A DNA stretch of 64,000 nucleotides. Origin: Macrostomum hystrix. Lineage: Eukaryota; Animalia; Platyhelminthes. Both the position numbers and the translations under genes were made by a program. The notes under the pieces were generated by a model that saw nothing but the letters and a program-made list of their open reading frames with translations, searched no databases and was not told the origin of the DNA. Below, piece by piece: positions 25,827 to 38,519 of the stretch. The stretch covers positions 2,666,001-2,730,000 of the forward strand of contig CATNEN010000032.1 of the NCBI GenBank assembly GCA_950097015.1. The letters are read 5' to 3'. Numbering within the stretch: the first letter of the stretch is position 1; each line of letters opens with the position of its first letter.

Positions 25827-27269
25827 ATATTTCCCGGCTCGCCCGCTGTGCATATCTATGGAATTCGACCATAGACAACAGCAGAGGGCGGGCTGCCGTA
25901 AGTTTCAACCTCGTTTCAACACGCGTTCGTTAACTACCATCTACCTTATGTCTTCGATCTAAACAGATAAATCTCATTTCGTGTTTAAAAAAAACCTGTC
26001 TTCTTCTATTCAAACAGAATAATATCAATTCGTTTAAACAAACCAGTCGCAGTCGCTGAATCGAAGTTAATCAATCTATAAAAGTATCAATTTATGGCTT
26101 CGCTACTTTCTTTTTTCCTTGCTCTCACTTGTCGAAAACTCTTATAGCTGGCGGCAAATGAGAAACTGTGTTCAGCTTATACAGCTGAGAACTAGTATTT
26201 GTAACTCCAGTCATACCCGACCCTTTCTCGTTCATTATTTGTGGCATTAATAGTTTCAAGCTATAAAACCTATGCTCACCGCATATGCTTCATCAGTAGC
26301 TGAGCTCTATAGCCGGTTTAGTTCAAGGGCAGTTTTTTTGAAGACCTAACAATGCGATCGAATAAAATCCCACATTCGCACACCCTTCAATTAGACAGAA
26401 TCTCGCGACTCGCAGAACCCGCGGGGGGTTATTTGAGACTCCTGACTTCCTTCATGTATCCCCCACCCATTTCTGTCATTAGTGCAATGCATTATATATG
26501 GCCATCTTGATCATTCTTATAATTCCATTTTTATAGTAATTGCGCGAATGAAGAAGGATCCGCTTCCTGGCTGTACAAGTTTTGAATAGAAAAAGCAGCA
26601 CGTGCGATTTAGATGCTGAACACGAAATTAATGTGACGGACAGATTCGTGCAATATGCGGAGAATGTATATTACATCAGGTAATGGGTTCAAATCTAAGT
26701 GGCGTTAATAAATTTACTCTCTTCCTTTTTCAAATCTATCATAGCTTCTACAATATGCAGGGGTGAAACAAATTCAGTGAACATTTTTGCCATTAATTCA
26801 CATATTTTCTCCCATCGCCAATAGCTTAAGGCAATGTAAAGCCGCAGCTTTGCTCGTTTTTACTCGTTTATGGCGTATTTCTCGTGTTGCAACGCATTTG
26901 TGGAATTATTGGTTATTGATCGCTGCAGCCTGTAAAATAGTTTGTACATTGGGTGGGAGGTAAACTAAATGCAGACGTAGTGTAGTGATCTAAAAGTTGC
27001 TTAAATAAATATACGGCTATATACGCTAGCACATATAAAAAGTGGCGCATATTAATGATGCAGTTGCCAGCTAGATAGGAATAAAATAAATTCGGATGGA
27101 AAGAATATTTTAATACTTCGCATTGCAATATAATATCGAAAGTGATATACGTATAATTTGACTTACGTGCGTACAGTTCATCAGATCATCAAGATCCGAT
27201 CATATTTCTCTGCTTAAACGATCTATATTCAAATGCATGTATGTTATTTATAAATAACATGCACAGTCT

Positions 27270-27442
27270 CAGGGGTGTAGCCAGGATTTTTAGGGGATAT
27301 TGGTTTTGGTTCTATCCAGCGTATCCAGAATAAAAAACAATTAATTCATTTCCTTCGAAGAAACTGATTGCGAAAAAATTGAGACATCAAATTTTGGGCG
27401 TATCGGCCGATATACACCGATACCCCCCTCGCTACGCCACTG
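27270..27442. mobile_element. Short hAT-type MITE, second family (173 bp)
   Basis: Ends CAGGGGTGTAGCCAGG / CCTCGCTACGCCACTG; flanks CACAGTCT and CTTAGTCT (6/8 match, degenerate TSD). Confidence 0.7.
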
Positions 27443-29384
27443 CTTAGTCTCGGATAGTCTTGATAGTACATCTATTCACTCGAGTAACACACAAGTCTCA
27501 GGTTTTTCTAACTTTGCGCTTTTCATGATCGCACTGTACATGCAGCTACAGCTCAAGTTCTGTGTAATGCCTTAGTAACACATATTTACAATTTTTTACA
27601 TCGGAACGTGGACGTTTGTATAGTATAGTATATAATAGTATATAGTCTACAGCTGCAACAGTAGACCGATTAATAAAAATGACTACTACCAGCGCGAAAA
27701 AGGACTTAAATTACTGTAAAAGTTTAGCGGGTTAACATAACGACTTTGACTATTATCAACAAATGCATTGTGCTTAAAGTACGTACTTGACTTATTAACA
27801 TGTTCTCTGACTCTTATATTATTTTTATAGCTTTTTAAAAAAAAGTGTAGTTTCTTTTTTATTATTTTATATTCATTTCAAACTTCATACAAAACGCTTT
27901 GCTCATTGTATGTTTGCAAATTCAATTAGAAAATATTCCCTGGCTTCTGAATCTTGCGCTCGAGTATTAAGCACACTACGTGTATGTTGTGGATTCGTTA
28001 CCTTTTGGTTTTTCGGATAGGCCCAGTTTAAGTAAGAAGCATTTAAGCACATGTGTTTGTATTTTAAATATAAACACTAGAATAAATATTTTTCATTGCC
28101 GCCCTATGTATCAACAGTAGTTATCATAGTTAAAAACATAACTATTCTTCCTACCGGCTGCCTTGGACAAGTTGGAGTGCCATATGGCATGAGTATTTCA
28201 ATTGGTCGTTAATGTCTCAAAAAGCATTTATGATTTAGCTACTAAATTCGAAGTTTATCTTAACTTGGCTAAAGTGTGCCAACTGCACTGTCTAAAGTTT
28301 CTTATATTGTTTACTCTCAGTGTTAATATTATCTGTCAATCCCCTGGACCTTTTTTATCTTTAACTAGCTAAACATGCTAGTTAGCATTAGCTGCTTAAT
28401 TTTTGTAGCCTGTATTGAAAGAACAGACCTAGATAAGTTATAGGGGCTCCAGTGAGAAATCAAAAATAACAAATTCCATGTTTTTGGTTTTCTTGTGTTA
28501 CAGATCTTGCTTGTCTGAGTTAGGCCTAAGACACCTAACTCATCAAAATTGGTCAAGTAATAAAAAAGTTATGATAATTTTTTGATCAACATTTTAGTTG
28601 TTTTCATAATTTATTTTTCCCATAAGGGGCTGTGATCCAGATGACAGGATAGATTTGACTTGGAAAACAAAAATTGCAATAACTTATTTATTTTTTTAAT
28701 GGATTTTGAGAATTCCAAAAGCATATAGTTCATTTTTTGTTATCTACACTATGGAGTATATATATCTTCTATAAATACTAAGTATCAAAGTATAAATTTC
28801 GATTTTAAATTGAATAGGATTACTATGCTGACAAGACATGTTTATTTTACAATATAAAACTCTTGGCTTTATAGAAGTGGCAAAGCCATACCTATATCAT
28901 ATCTTAACGTATAGACATCATATAGACATCAATTTACTATTTACAGTCAATTGCAAAAGCCATCTGAAATGTGTAAAGGGGGTACATTAGAGAAACATAT
29001 TTCTGGGAGATTCTGCTAAAGGAAAATAGAATGGTTTGAGTATATCCCATTCTACATAAAATTTTAATGAGTTACGCTTGGAAAACACTATAAACAATGG
29101 TTGAAAACAAAATATGAAACTTTCAAACAGAAAAGTTTATTAAACAAATAATTATTTTTCTTTTATAGAATTTTAAATTATCTTTCTAAATATTTACTTT
29201 GTTTGACTCAGTATCAACACAAAAATCAACACATATACCAAATTTGTGAAGTTATAATTTGGTATATGTAAATATTTACCATGCTTATGATTTATATTAG
29301 GTAACTAATTGTAACTTATGTCACTTTTGTTACTAATAATTTGGTTATTAACAGTAACATTATTAACAAACCATAGCATTTAAC

Positions 29385-29442
29385 ATGATGATACAATTAT
29401 TTTCCTGAACTGCAAGTGATGGTTCAAGCTCAACAGGACTGA
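29385..29442 (+). ncRNA. Box C/D snoRNA, copy 1, in the predicted 5'-UTR intron of the H2A gene
   Basis: C box ATGATGA 29385-29391, D' CTGA 29405-29408, C' GTGATGG 29416-29422, guide TCAAGCTCAACAGG 29424-29437, D box CTGA 29439-29442; flanked by donor AG|GTAACT (29301) and acceptor TTACTTTCAG (29533). Confidence 0.8.
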
Positions 29443-29561
29443 GAATTTTCTGCATTTACTTGCTTATTATTTGCTACTTATTTTTAGTCTTTTAAGAATA
29501 CTACACCTAAATTTTATTTTACATTACTTTCAGCTTAGTTAGCTTACCTACTTAGCTAATT

Positions 29562-30253
29562 ATGTCTGGACGCGCTGGTGGTAAGGCTGCTCGTAAGTCG
29601 ACTGGAAAGCAGCAGAAGAGCAAGTCTAACCGGGCTGGCTTGGTGATGCCAGTTGCCAGGGTGCATCGTTATCTAAAGCTTGGTCGCTATGGAAAGAAAA
29701 TTAGCGTTGGCGCCAGTGTCTACTTGGCCGCTGTATTGGAGTACCTGGTTGCTGAGGTCAATGAGCTGAGTGGTGAGTTTGATCAATGTGCTTCCTGTCA
29801 ATTATGATTTTCCGAAGCTATAGGTTAGGTTTTTTACATTCTTAACCATTGCGTTAATTTTTTCTGTATAATGAATCAATTATGATGATAAAATACTTCC
29901 ATCCGGACCAAATTAATACTCATGACGGTTCAAGCTCAACAGGACTGAAAATCGTTGCGTGTTTGTTGTTTTATGTGCTTAAATTTTCTTGTTTTGCTAC
30001 TGTGAGTAGTTCATATAATAATATTTTTTCTGCTTTATTTAAAAAACCAACACTAGGCAACGCTGCAGTCGCCAATAAGCGCAAGACTATTACGCCGCGC
30101 CACATTATGCTGGGCGTGCGCAACGATGCCGAGCTCAATGAGTTACTCAAACACGTCCACATCAGTTTCGGCGGTGTGCTGCCGTCCATTCATCCCGTGC
30201 TGCTGAAGAAGAAAGGCAGCGTGCCGGCTGTGCCGCAGAGCAAAAGCGCTTAA
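29562..30253 (+). CDS. H2A: Divergent intron-containing histone H2A variant (135 aa)
   Basis: Exons 29562-29772 and 30057-30253 (phase 1, G|GTGAGT...CTAG|GC): [32 protein letters not shown]|[36 protein letters not shown]. No histone stem-loop seen after the stop. Confidence 0.95.
29882..29948 (+). ncRNA. Box C/D snoRNA, copy 2, in the H2A coding intron
   Basis: C box ATGATGA 29882-29888, C' ATGACGG 29922-29928, identical guide TCAAGCTCAACAGG 29930-29943, D box CTGA 29945-29948; 108 nt upstream of the 3' splice site. Confidence 0.8.
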
Positions 30254-33200
30254 GAGAAAGGAAAAGAGACCGGAGAATTCTACGAAAACTCGGGCGCTTT
30301 ATTTAAAATGTAGTCCGGCGGCAGCAATGTGACTCTCTTAGTGTTCTTCAAATTAGAGCTGATGCGATTTCAATTTACTTGTTAATTATCTTTTTACCTT
30401 TAGACATACTTTGCTCCTTAATTTGTTAAATACTATCTCATCATTTTATTCGCGCTAACAATACGAAAAAAGCAGTTAGCTTTATTCTCCTATTCACTTT
30501 TTAAGCTGTTGTTTTACCTGGCAATTGTGCTCTTTTTCATCAATTTTCCATTTTAATCACGCAACCCCATTTACAACTGGCTCGTGTTGTTTTGGCTCCC
30601 ATTGGTTCATTTATGTATAAATCGCCACTGATACGTGTGCTCTGCTGTTTTGTGTACAAAATATTGCAAATTGTCATTTCTGCTACATATTCACAGTTAT
30701 TTGTTATTAGTTTAAGCCTTTTATAATAATTAACTATGAAATTTGGTCTTTAATATGTATATTAATTGTATTTTAGTATTGTATTTTTCTGGTACAGTAA
30801 TTTACCGGGATTTATGAGGTTAAATGGTTTTTTTATTGTAAAAATAGTGAGTCAAAGACTGTTTTGTACGCAGCGAAGTTGAAATTTGCTTTTCTCTAAT
30901 AAAATATATATTGCTAAACTCAAAATAATGGCCGGGTTTCAAGTTATTCCTGTTAAATTTAGTACTTTTAGTATGAGCAGCAAAACAAGAAGCAGGTTGT
31001 CTTACTAGACTTTGTCGTGAAATTTTCTGAGCACGTTGAACTCAAATAATAATGTCCGAGTTGATGTGAACGACAACGTTCTCGTATACATGTCATTGAC
31101 TATGACATGTTAGTGAAGGTGTGAATCAACTAATTGCAGCAGTCCAATTGAATAGGAATGTTGCCATAAGCTACATCGTGAAAGCGATACAATAAGTGAA
31201 GCCGGGAACGCAGTCTGTTGGCAACTGCACTGAATGATGGCTTTGCCCATTATTTACACTGGATTGAATCGCACAGCTTTATCTTAGCTTCGTTAAGAAA
31301 CTAAGAACGAAGTTTCTTAGAACTAAGAACCTGTTTGAGTTTGATTATCAAACAGGCTAAACAGTCCTTGATTGAAAGCATGTGAGAAGCGTCGTGTGAT
31401 CTTTTGAGTTGCGGGTGACTCGGCGCGGTGCAGGTCCGGTGGTTGCTGGCGGCAATTGTCACTGCTCATGACAGCTCGACGTCTGAGAAGCGAGCGCTGT
31501 ATAACGGCTGCGCTGGGCATGCCGGCGATTGGGGTGGAAGCGGAGTGGCCACATCTTGTCTATGCCGCATTAGCATGTCATAATCAAAGTTCGTGGATTG
31601 GAAACTGAGCTTACTTACGGTTACAGGTAATATATCCTCTATTAGATGTGTCCCTCACCCCGTTTTAGCTTGCGGGAAGCTAAAGCAGCTCGCTGGCTGC
31701 CACAAGAACCCACTCTTTGGTAATAGACCTTCACTGCTTGTTGTTTACCCAAGCTGTCGTGTTTATAAACTTTAGAACTGTCGAGTCAGCTTGGACCGTT
31801 GTGAATATATTTACATCTAGAGGACATATGATCTGTCACTTACAGTACGTGGATCTTTACTACGTTTTAAATATTTGTCCAAGCATGGTAGAATATAAAA
31901 AATATAATTATTCATGCATTCGCTAGGATTATTTCGCTACGTTAATTGCATTCCTGCGCAGGTGCAAATATTATTGGAAAATGAATTGGCTTGCATTTAC
32001 TATTGCGTAGTACAGAGATATTGTGTGGCTTTGAGATTCATTCAACAATAGTGTTGCTGCTATAGTAGAGAATGCCTTAATTCTGAATAGACGTCTAAAT
32101 AGACTCAGGCTCTGCTCAGCAGGTGGGGAATGGAGTCAAAATAAATGGCATGTTACACAATGCCCAGACTGACGAAGGCAGGCATCAGGTGGCCGCATTG
32201 AAATACATCTGCAGTTATAATATATATACAGGCCACATTAGTTAAATGCTCAACTGCATGGGTGTGAGTTTGAATAGAACCTCTGCAGTTGGTGGGGCAT
32301 TTTTAACAATGCCGCCATTTATATGGAAAGAAAGAATTAAGTTAAGCTTCGTCAGCCATGTGAAAATAGATTGCCTTTAGTGGATGGTTTGAGCATATAG
32401 AGTTGTGTGCTCGAGTCCGACGTGCCTAGTCATGCGTGTCACGCGCAATGTGATCAAACTTGAGTATAAGCTCAGCTAACTAAATACTAGCGTACATTGC
32501 ACGCAGCCATTGGAGAATCTTCTTTCTTTCTTCTGCTGCTGCATGCTGGCCTCCTAAACCCCCCGTCCTCCTGAGTGAGCATTCAAGCTAAACTGCATGC
32601 TCAAACTCATTCCAAACACTAGCCCTCTAACAATGGCCCGTGGAGCGGGGTTGGCGGCTGCTGTGTGAGGGTAAGGAAGGGGTGTCGTGCACCCCCCCAC
32701 CATCGGGACCTGTACAAAAGGCGCTACTCGACTGTGCTAGCTTTTAGTAAATAATAAGATAGTCTCTTATAAGAGAATTTCGTGTTGGTTAATTGTGTGC
32801 CATTAATATTTTACCCGAGAGCTACTGGGCGAGAGCAAGGTGACATGCGAAGCAGAGACTAGTTTGAAATGACCTGTTTTGTGAAACTCGGGTCTTTCTG
32901 ACAAAGGAAAACACTGCTCGTGTCTCGTATTGCACCTTCCCCGCTCATACGCGATCGGACTCAATCATCAGCACCGTCTAATGCCCATTGCTCCCACGAA
33001 CCATCGATAAAATTATGATTTAAAATATTACCAATGTGATCCCCACTATAGTCAGCATGGGGTTTGTGTGCCAATCAGACTTTAACACGCGCCATTAACG
33101 GGTGAAAGCTGTGGATCAAGAATTCGAATGCAGCAGTGCAGTAATCTGCTTGTGCATGGCATGTATTCATATGTCTATCTTATCAGATCATTGCTTCATA

Positions 33201-33429
33201 TCAACTAACTAGGGGTACAAAATTTGGAGAAAGAAATGATTACTTTAGTTGCTTAAACACTTGGTGGTGCAACTTTTAAAGGGGCCCAGAAGTAAAATCG
33301 GCTGTCTGGTAAGTACTCAATTGCAGTATATCAGCTGGTCCATTTCGAATAAGTGAATTTTGAAACTGAACGTGAACTTGGGCTGTAGGATTAGTAGCTG
33401 TAGCTTGGTCGATCTGTAGATATTATCCG

Positions 33430-33720
33430 ATATCAGTCTGTAGATATATCCACATTCAGTCTGTAGATATCCACATTCAGTCTGTTGATATCCACCCTCA
33501 GTCTGTTGATATCCACATTCAGTCTGTTGATATCCACACTCAGTCTGTTGATATCCACATTCAGTCTGTTGATATCCACATTCAGTCTGTTGATATCCAC
33601 ATTCAGTCTGTTGATATCCACATTCAGTCTGTAGATATCCACATTCATTCTATTAATTATCCGTTATCAGTCTGTAGATATCCACACTCAGTCTGTAGAT
33701 TATCCGTTATCAGTCTGTAG
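33430..33720. repeat. 21-bp minisatellite upstream of the alpha-mannosidase start
   Basis: (CAGTCTGTTGATATCCACATT)n. Confidence 0.93.
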
Positions 33721-33897
33721 ATTCAGTATGTAGGTATAAAAATGGAGTATTTAAGTGTGCCAAACCAGGCTGTAGGTACTGTATCATATTCAGTTGATGA
33801 AGATCCAAAGTCAAACTGTAGATATTCAACCTCAGTCTGTAGATATCGTTATTCGCACCGTAGACAAGCGCAGGTCATTCAGACGCATGTGCCAACA

Positions 33898-36800
33898 ATG
33901 TCTCGGGCCCGTCAGTACGCCATCTCTTTGCTGATATCGGCAGTTCTGACTGCGATCTCGTTTTCGAATGTCTGCGAATCTGCCTGCGGCTACAACGGCT
34001 GTCCGGTCGCCGTGCCGCGCCGCGTAAATTTGCACCTGGTGCCGCACACTCACGACGACGTCGGCTGGTTGAGGACGGTGGACCAGTATTACTATTTCAA
34101 TGTGCAGTTTATACTGGACAATGTGGTTAAAGAGTTGCTTAGCAACCCGCAGAGAAAGTTCACCTACGTTGAGATGGCCTACTTCTATCGCTGGTGGCGA
34201 GAGCAGAACAATGCCACAAGGGATCAGGTACTGTTCCCTAATAGGGGCTTGAAGTGGAAACATTCTTGGACAAGATTTTAACTGACTGCCAGGTGGGGCT
34301 ATTGCGACTGGGCTACCTGTTAGACAGATGTGTTACCTGTGAGACAGATGTGTTACCTGTGAGACAGATGTGTTATCTGTTAGAGCGGTAGGCAAACTTA
34401 TTTGCTGGCGGGCCAAAGAGAGAACCTAAAAGACGACAGCGGGCCGCATTGACTGTATAAATATGAGATAGGGAAGAGATGAGACACGGGAGAGATGAGA
34501 CACGGGAGAAGATGAGACACAGGAGAGATTAGACACGGGAGAGATTAGACACGGGAGAGATTAGACACAGAAAGATTATACACGAGAGAGATGAGACACG
34601 GGAGAGATAAGACAGGGGAGAGATTAGACACGAGAGAGATGAAACAGGACACTGTAGATGTCAGAAGGGGCAACGGGCCGGATTTGGGAGCTTCGAGGGC
34701 CGCATCTGGCCCGCGGGCCGGAGTTTGCCGACCCCTGTGTTAGACAGATGTCTCACCCGTTAGACAGATGTATTAACTGTTAGACAAGTGCGGTTATGTC
34801 AGCTGGCAGACACTAGTCGCAGGAGAACACGATTGGTCGATTGGATCGATTTAAGTCTGAATTATAAGAACACTACTGAAAGTAGATTTGTGAGGGACAT
34901 GGCCACCGAAATTGATTCCATTCCGGCAATCCCGCAGGTCCGCACTCTTGTTAGCAGCGGTCAGTTGCACTTCGCCCAAGGCGGCTGGTGCATGAACGAT
35001 GAAGCGACCACTCACTATGCGGACATTGTGGACCAGCAAACTATCGGCATGCGCTTTCTCAATGACACATTCGGCGACTGCGGCCGGCCGCGTGTCGGCT
35101 GGCAGATCGACCCCTTCGGGCACAGCAAGGAGCACGCGGCCCTGCTGGCACAGATGGGCCTGGACGCCTTTTACTTCGCCAGGATCCACTTCTTGGACGA
35201 GGTGGAGCGAGTGCTCAGACGGCGGATGCAGTTTGTGAGCTCCAGCTGGGGTCGAAATCTTTCGAAATTTATTTACGTCGAAATTTAGTTACGCCGAAAT
35301 TTAGTTACGTCGAAATTTAGTTACGCCGAAATTTAGTTACGCCGAAATTTAGTTACGTCGAAATTTATTTACGTCGAAATTTATTTACGCCGAAATTTAG
35401 TTACGCCGAAATTTAGTTACGTCGAAATTTATTTACGCCGAAATTTATTTACGCCGAAATTTATTTACGCCGAAATTTAGTTACGCCGAAATTTAGTTAC
35501 GTCGAAATTTAGTTACGCCGAAATTTAATTACGCCGAAATTTAGTTACGCCGAAATTTATTTACGCCGAAATTTAGTTACGTCGAAATTTATTTACGTCG
35601 AAATTTAGTTACGTCGAAATTTATTTACGTCGAAATTTATTTACGTCGAAATTTATTTACGTCGAAATTTATTTACGTCGAAATTTATTTACGTCGAAAT
35701 TTATTTACGTCGAAATTTATTTACGTCGAAATTTATTTACGTCGAAATTTATTTACGTCGAAATTTATTTACGTCGAAATTTATTTACGTCGAAATTTAG
35801 TTGAGATTATCACCTCCGCAACCGACCAGGTCTGGCGGGCAAGCGAAGACCTCGGCAGCCCGGTGGCCGACATTTTCGCTGGAGATTTCCTCGCCGGCTA
35901 TTGCTACCCGCTCGGCACCAACTACGAAGGCGGCAATCAGCCAGTGCAAGACGATCCGCAACTCCACGACTTCAACGTTGAAGAAGCCGTCAGAAAATTC
36001 ATCGTCCAAGTCGACCTGCTTCGACTGACGCATCGAACTAGCCACCTGTTGCTAACAATGGGCTGCGACTTTGCCTACGAGAATGCCAGGAAAAATTTCA
36101 AAATAATTGACAAACTCATTGCGGCGGTGAACGCTAACACCAGTCAGCACAATCTGACTGCCTACTATAGTACACCCGACTGCTACACCAAGGCTGTTAA
36201 CGACGAGGGCCTGGCCTACTCCGTCAAGACTGACGACTTCTTTCCCTACGCATCTGGGCCGAACTCCTACTGGACAGGCTTCTACAGCAGCCGACCAGCT
36301 CTGAAGCTGCTGGTCCGCCAGGCCTCTGGCCATCTTCAGGCTGTCAAGCAGTTGGCAGCGGTAGGCCCGACCGCAGCCAGCGGGCTGGACGATTTGCGAC
36401 AGGCGTTGGGCGTAGCGCAGCATCACGACGCGGTTGCCGGCAAGATCTTCTGGGGAAATTTTTGTGATTCTAAACTGGGGAGCGACAGGAGTTGATAGCG
36501 GAGTGACAGGAATTGATAGCGGGGTGACAGGAGTTGATAGCGGAGCGACAGGAGTTGATAGCGGAGTGACAGGAGTTGATAGCGGAGCGACAGGAGTTGA
36601 TAGCGGAGCGACAGGAGTTGATAGCGGAGTGACAGGAGTTGATAGCGGAGCGACAGGAGTTGATAGCGGAGTGACAGGAGTTGATAGCGGAGTGACAGGA
36701 ATTGATAGCGGAGTGACAGGAATTGATAGCCGAGTGACAGGAATTGATAGCAGCCGATGAGTCGCGCCCGTGTCCCGCCATGCAGGCACCGAGAAGCAGG

Positions 36801-38519
36801 TGGTGGCCTATGACTATGCACTGCGCATAGCTAACGGCATTGCGTCAAGCGACCCGGTCTGGCGATCAAGGCTGGCCCAGCTGCAGTTCGGCAACTCCAG
36901 CCAGCAGGCCGGCCTGGCCTCCTGTCCGCTGCTGAACATCTCCTATTGTCCGCAATCTGAGCGGTTCTCCGTGCGATTCTACGTCACTTTCTACAATCCG
37001 ACTAGCTGGACGGTTCGACATTCCGCCAGGCTGCCCGTCACCGGGCGCTTCTATCGCGTGCTGGACGATACCGGTGCCATCGTCGCCTCCCAGACGGTTC
37101 CAATTAACAATGGCAGCCTTCGAGTGCCCGAGAGAAATTTGTCGATTGCCATCAATGACCTGGCATTCGATGTTGCAGCGATTCCACCTCTGGGCTACGT
37201 TGTCTATTCGGTGGAGCCGTGCAATGCATCTGATCCGGGGGCGTCTGTATTTACGCCCATACTACTGCGAGTAGGCCGGATGGCTAACTCTGTGACACCT
37301 GGCTTGGCTTATTATGTGGGCGTGCGAGGCAACGCTAGCGGGGAGCAGTTCCGACCGTCTGGGGCTTACGTATTCAGGTAAAAGTGTGCTCAGGAAAATG
37401 TGTGTTCAGGTAGAAGTGTGCTCAGGAAAATGTGTGCTCAGGTGGACTTAAAGCCTCATTTTTCCACTCCGTAGGCCAACTACTGACCGGCCCCAGATGC
37501 TAGCGGCGCGCATTCAAGGCCAAGTGACTGGCCCGGTTGTAAACGAGACCCATTGGGACTACAATGGCTGGGCATACTTGGTTGCTAGGCAGCGTCAGTC
37601 GACCGGCTCGGACTATGAGGAGGCCGAAGCAACCGTCGGGCCTTTGCCGCTGGACGATGGCATCGGTCGCGAGGTTGTCGCAGTTTACCAGGCCAACGGA
37701 CTAGCGGCGGCAAGCGACGAGTTTCTTGTCGACTCGAATGGTCGCCAGATGATGCGGGCGCGGCGCGATCCGAACCGGCCGGAAGCGGCGCAGTTCCGAC
37801 CGGCGAATGCCATCGTAAGCGTGGCTGACGCCACCAGCCAGCTGACTGTGCTGCCGGATCGTGCCGCAGCTGCGTCGGTGCGTCCAACCGAGGGCCAGCT
37901 GACTGTCATGCTGCACCGGGTGACGCTCGACGACGACGGCTTCGGAGTTGGCGAAGCTCTGCAAGAGCGCGGCTCCGACGGTCAGGGCTTGGTGGTCAAG
38001 TCCAGTCACTGGTACTTCCTGACGGACCCGTCCTCGGCTGCCGATCGGTACCGACGGCTGGCCAGCCAGCGGCATCGCGCCCCTCTAGTAGCATTCTCCT
38101 CCATGCAGCCTCGAGCCAGCTGGCGCAGATGGAGCGCTTTGAAAGCTCCGCTGCCGAACAGCGTCCAGATTCTCACACTGGAGCCGTGGCGACAATCGCC
38201 AGACCGCCTGCTGCTGCGCTTGGAGCACATCTTCCAGTCGAACGAGTCGTCGACGCATTCGAAGCCGATTAGTATCGATCTAAGCGCCACGTTTGCCACC
38301 TTCGACATTCTGGAGGCGACTGAGTTGAACTTGTCCGCTAATCAGCGCTTGGCAGATCAGAGCCGGTTGAAGTGGCGCTCCACACAAAAGCAACACAAGT
38401 TTGTAGATTCTATGAATGGAAAACATAAAAAACCTGCTTTAGAATTGCCAGCTCTGACTGTTACCCTACGGCCTATGGAGATCAGAACTTTCGAAATTAG
38501 AGTTTTGTATAAAGCCTGA
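33898..38519 (+). CDS. MAN2B1: Lysosomal alpha-mannosidase (GH38), 5 exons, ~957 aa
   Basis: Exons 33898-34227, 34938-35234, 35830-36439, 36786-37377, 37475-38519, all phase-consistent. Signal peptide, [32 protein letters not shown] (nucleophile), [25 protein letters not shown]. Confidence 0.95.
34383..34737 (+). mobile_element. hAT-type MITE with internal minisatellite, copy 3 (~355 bp), inserted in a 20-bp array in MAN2B1 intron 1
   Basis: Left end damaged (GAGCGGTAGGCAAACT), right end AGTTTGCCGACCCCTG; TGTTAGA on both flanks; host array (TAGACAGATGTGTTACCTGT)n on both sides. Confidence 0.88.
35252..35800. repeat. 16-bp minisatellite filling MAN2B1 intron 2
   Basis: (CGAAATTTATTTACGT)n with TAGT and GC variants. 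Confidence 0.96.
36480..36752. repeat. 21-bp minisatellite filling MAN2B1 intron 3
   Basis: (GACAGGAGTTGATAGCGGAGT)n. Confidence 0.96.

Noticed and set aside
28860-29055. Small hairpins followed by ACA upstream of H2A as H/ACA snoRNAs
   Set aside because: The hairpins are too short to hold a pseudouridylation pocket and I could not identify a target.
31323-31520. GC-richer patch with a 65-aa minus-strand ORF
   Set aside because: No recognisable domain and no partner exon or convincing splice sites.
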